DNA of 64,000 bases from Raillietiella orientalis (taxonomy: Eukaryota). How positions within the stretch are numbered: position 1 is the first letter of the stretch; every line of letters begins with the position of its first letter. The translations under genes and the position numbers were made by a program. Shown here in pieces: positions 61,271 through 64,000 of this stretch. Where the stretch lies: positions 1,550,001 through 1,614,000 of the forward strand of contig JAYWIR010000021.1 in the NCBI GenBank assembly GCA_036172245.1, given 5' to 3'. The notes below the pieces were generated by a model. The model was given only the letters and a program-made list of their open reading frames with translations, had not been told where the DNA came from and did not search any database.

Positions 61271-64000
61271 ATTTGGCACGTTCCTCAGCCACACGAAAAC
61301 TCCACGTTGGCATCCATGAGGTCCACTTTGCCCTTTGGTCCACTCTGCTTGCGCGCTCACGAGTTCCGCTCTCGCCTGTTTCACCGGACGCCGCACTGAG
61401 TCGCCGCGCGACGAACGATTGCCAGGGTGACGGGAGCCGAACGCTTCCTCAGTACTGCTCCTCAGTATCCTATACTCAAAAGGACCAACTACTTATACCC
61501 TCCCCTTACCAACACCCCCTTTAGACCATCCACAAGAATTGATCGAGCCACTTTCTCCCTCCGTCTAGCCGGAAGCTCATCCATCCTAAGAGCCATTAAC
61601 TTTACTACCACCATCATCAACATACGACCCTCTTCCGCAAGTGGATTCGATCCACAAGAAAGCGAGCTCCGGAATCTCTCAGCAACGTGTGCGTTCTGCC
61701 CCAACAGCGTGCTCTTGCGCGACCCAGTCCCCAAGCGAGATCTAAAGAGACTGCGGATTCCCTGGACTCGCCATTCGTGCACTGTCGATGGGTCCTCGCG
61801 CCCCTCATCCGTTCCCACAGGCCAAGCTTTGCGGTTTGCCAGAGCGGATCAGAACTCATCTTCGAAGACGTTCGAGAGATATCCGAGCGAACTCTCTTCT
61901 TCCTTTGTCTTGCGAAGGAAAGAGCTTCCCGGATGGAGCTGCCAGCCTGCCTCTCAGAACCTATAAAAAGAGGCTTCTCACCATCCGGAGGAACAAGGTC
62001 TTCAAGCAGGAAGTCGAGAGAACGCTTTTCCTGCTGTGTTTGATCCGCTGGGACCATGGCCGACATCAGGCAAGGCCTCCTGTCGTGCTGATCTTCGATT
62101 CACACTGTGATGCGAGAGAGACAGGGCCGGGGTGGGGAGGTGAACGGGTTCGGTGAGTCTTCTCACTCGCATTCAACACTGTCTAGACTCCGCACATCCC
62201 TTGGCGTGGCGACATCTGCATCCGTTCGAACGGGCACTCAGGAGATATGCGAACTCCTCGAGAGTGCTTGAAGACATAGGAAACTGAAGAAGGAACATCA
62301 GGGACCACTTGAAAACGCAAATCTCTTCGGAAGCTGCAATCGTCTGCTCTTCTTCCCCTTCCACTCCCATATTCGGTGAGCTCCGACATTCGTGACCTGC
62401 TTGACGACTCCACTGCAAACTATCACGGAAGGGATGGTGTACCCCCCAAAAAAGCATCTGATGGTACGGACAAATACCACACGCTGATCCCAAAGGTACG
62501 ATGAAGATTGGTCTGCATCAGAAGTAGGAGGTTGCTCCTTGAATGTATCGATATGATCAGATGGGAAAAGGAAATCTGTTAGGATAATAGGGGCGGGTGC
62601 GGGTCTCCGTTCGGATGTAGCATGCAGAGCATGTATAACATTGGATCGCAAGCGGTCGACCCGCAATGGTTCGAAATGCAAAGCTCCTCGACCAGAAGAA
62701 GAGAGATGAGTTTCGCTCCTTGATCGCTCACTGGTTCGCTCTTCTCGCAGGGAGGGCAGTGAAACTACACGCCTCTTGCTCTTATGGTAACTGCTTAGCA
62801 TCAGGAGCTTTCCCTCATCCAAGAACACCGCTCCTCTTCCTCGCCTTCAACCGCTTGGTTTCGAGGCCGAATGCGTTGTGCCTCGCAGAATTCCGGCAGT
62901 CTCGTCCACGTGACCTCCAGATATGATTCGATTTTTCGGACTCAGCCGCATCTTTTTCCTGAGACTGGAAGACAGGGATCCAGGGAACGATGACGGGTTT
63001 GTGCTGTTCGATCGAAGCAGTCATGGGGCACACTAAGATCGCACGAATGCCGTCATGCAGCACCCATTCATCGTGAATGCCGACTGTCCTTCATCGTGCG
63101 GTTTTGGTTCCCAAGGGATAGGTGTCCGAGTGTTGACTTGCAAGTCAAGGACCCAGAAAGCAACCTCGGCGCAGAAGAAAATCTGTCGGTACTTTTACTG
63201 GACCGAAAACCACCGACGAATGAACCATCAAGAAAGATCTTGGAATCTTTGGACAAATTCCTTCAGTGTCAGACCCCATCCAGTCCTCTACGAGACCCAC
63301 TTTTTCCAGAGATGGATCTTTCATCGAGTGACATCGAAACTCCGGGAGTTTTGATAGTTTCCATTCCTTGTTTATGAGCAAAAGCTCACCGATGCTTTCA
63401 AAGAGGAATTCTTTGCGAGGGGAAAAAACTTTTCGTTTGAGTCGCATTCATGATGGTGTGGCGTTTCGGATTCTCAGCAATCTTCTGAGAGCGTGAAGAG
63501 CACTCATTGTTCTCGAAGAGATTATTTAAGACTTTGAGTGGTCCTTGAAGCCACTGAAACATCGATGGAAGGAGGAAAGATTTTTCCTTCCTGAAAGCTC
63601 GAATTTTACCTACGACTGCATTGCCTGTCGCGAAGGGGAACGTCACGATTCTCCCAGTTTCATCTGACGCCTTCTTTTGACAGGAATGCGATTAGGAGCG
63701 AATTTCGAAATCTCCTTTTATATCCCCCCAGGGCCAGCTGTCGTGTCATTGATGCGATTGCCAGTTGCGTCCACCTAAACTAAAGAATGAAGCTACTCTG
63801 TTTTTCTGCCAACAGTCATGAGGTTCTGTTACCCAGCGGACATGGCCTATCCTTCACGAACCAGAAAAGAACAAGGATGCTCACGTGCATTGGACAGGAC
63901 TTTCGTCGGATGGTTCAAGCGGAAACGGGCAAAGAGGCCACGTTCATAACAGGTCAAAGGCACGTCATTTGAATTCCTTGATCTCACAGTGAGGTCAGAA

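Noticed and set aside
61400..64000. Several 80-180 aa ORFs on both strands
   Set aside because: Interrupted, no identifiable motif; probably decayed repeat sequence.
1..64000. CRISPR arrays, rRNA, tRNA, snRNA or SL RNA genes
   Set aside because: No regularly spaced repeats or recognisable conserved RNA sequence seen by eye; a covariance-model scan would be needed to exclude divergent ones.

Overview
Eukaryotic (invertebrate metazoan-like) genomic window; no prokaryotic features. The flanks are AT-rich and CpG-depleted and carry three minus-strand housekeeping genes: an intronless ABITRAM/FAM206A (593-1393), COG7 (11 exons, about 8338-11124) and PPME1 (5 or more exons, about 51187-52490), the last two mostly with tiny 40-70 nt introns. 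Between them lies a roughly 30 kb GC- and CpG-rich, microsatellite-laden domain. Its long ORFs are mostly spurious, but it hides a divergent three-exon secreted FGF gene that no single ORF reveals: join(28316..28580,37230..37366,37859..38302), 281 aa. The FGF has a signal peptide, family-typical intron phases, an overlapping uORF, a trinucleotide-repeat leader and a duplicated upstream non-coding module. The rest is decayed non-LTR retrotransposon sequence (L1/Tx1-like and NeSL/Utopia-like), including three ~1 kb 5'-truncated LINE insertions with target-site duplications and a shared 3' stem-loop architecture, plus one Mutator-like MITE. All family assignments come from recalled motifs, not database searches.
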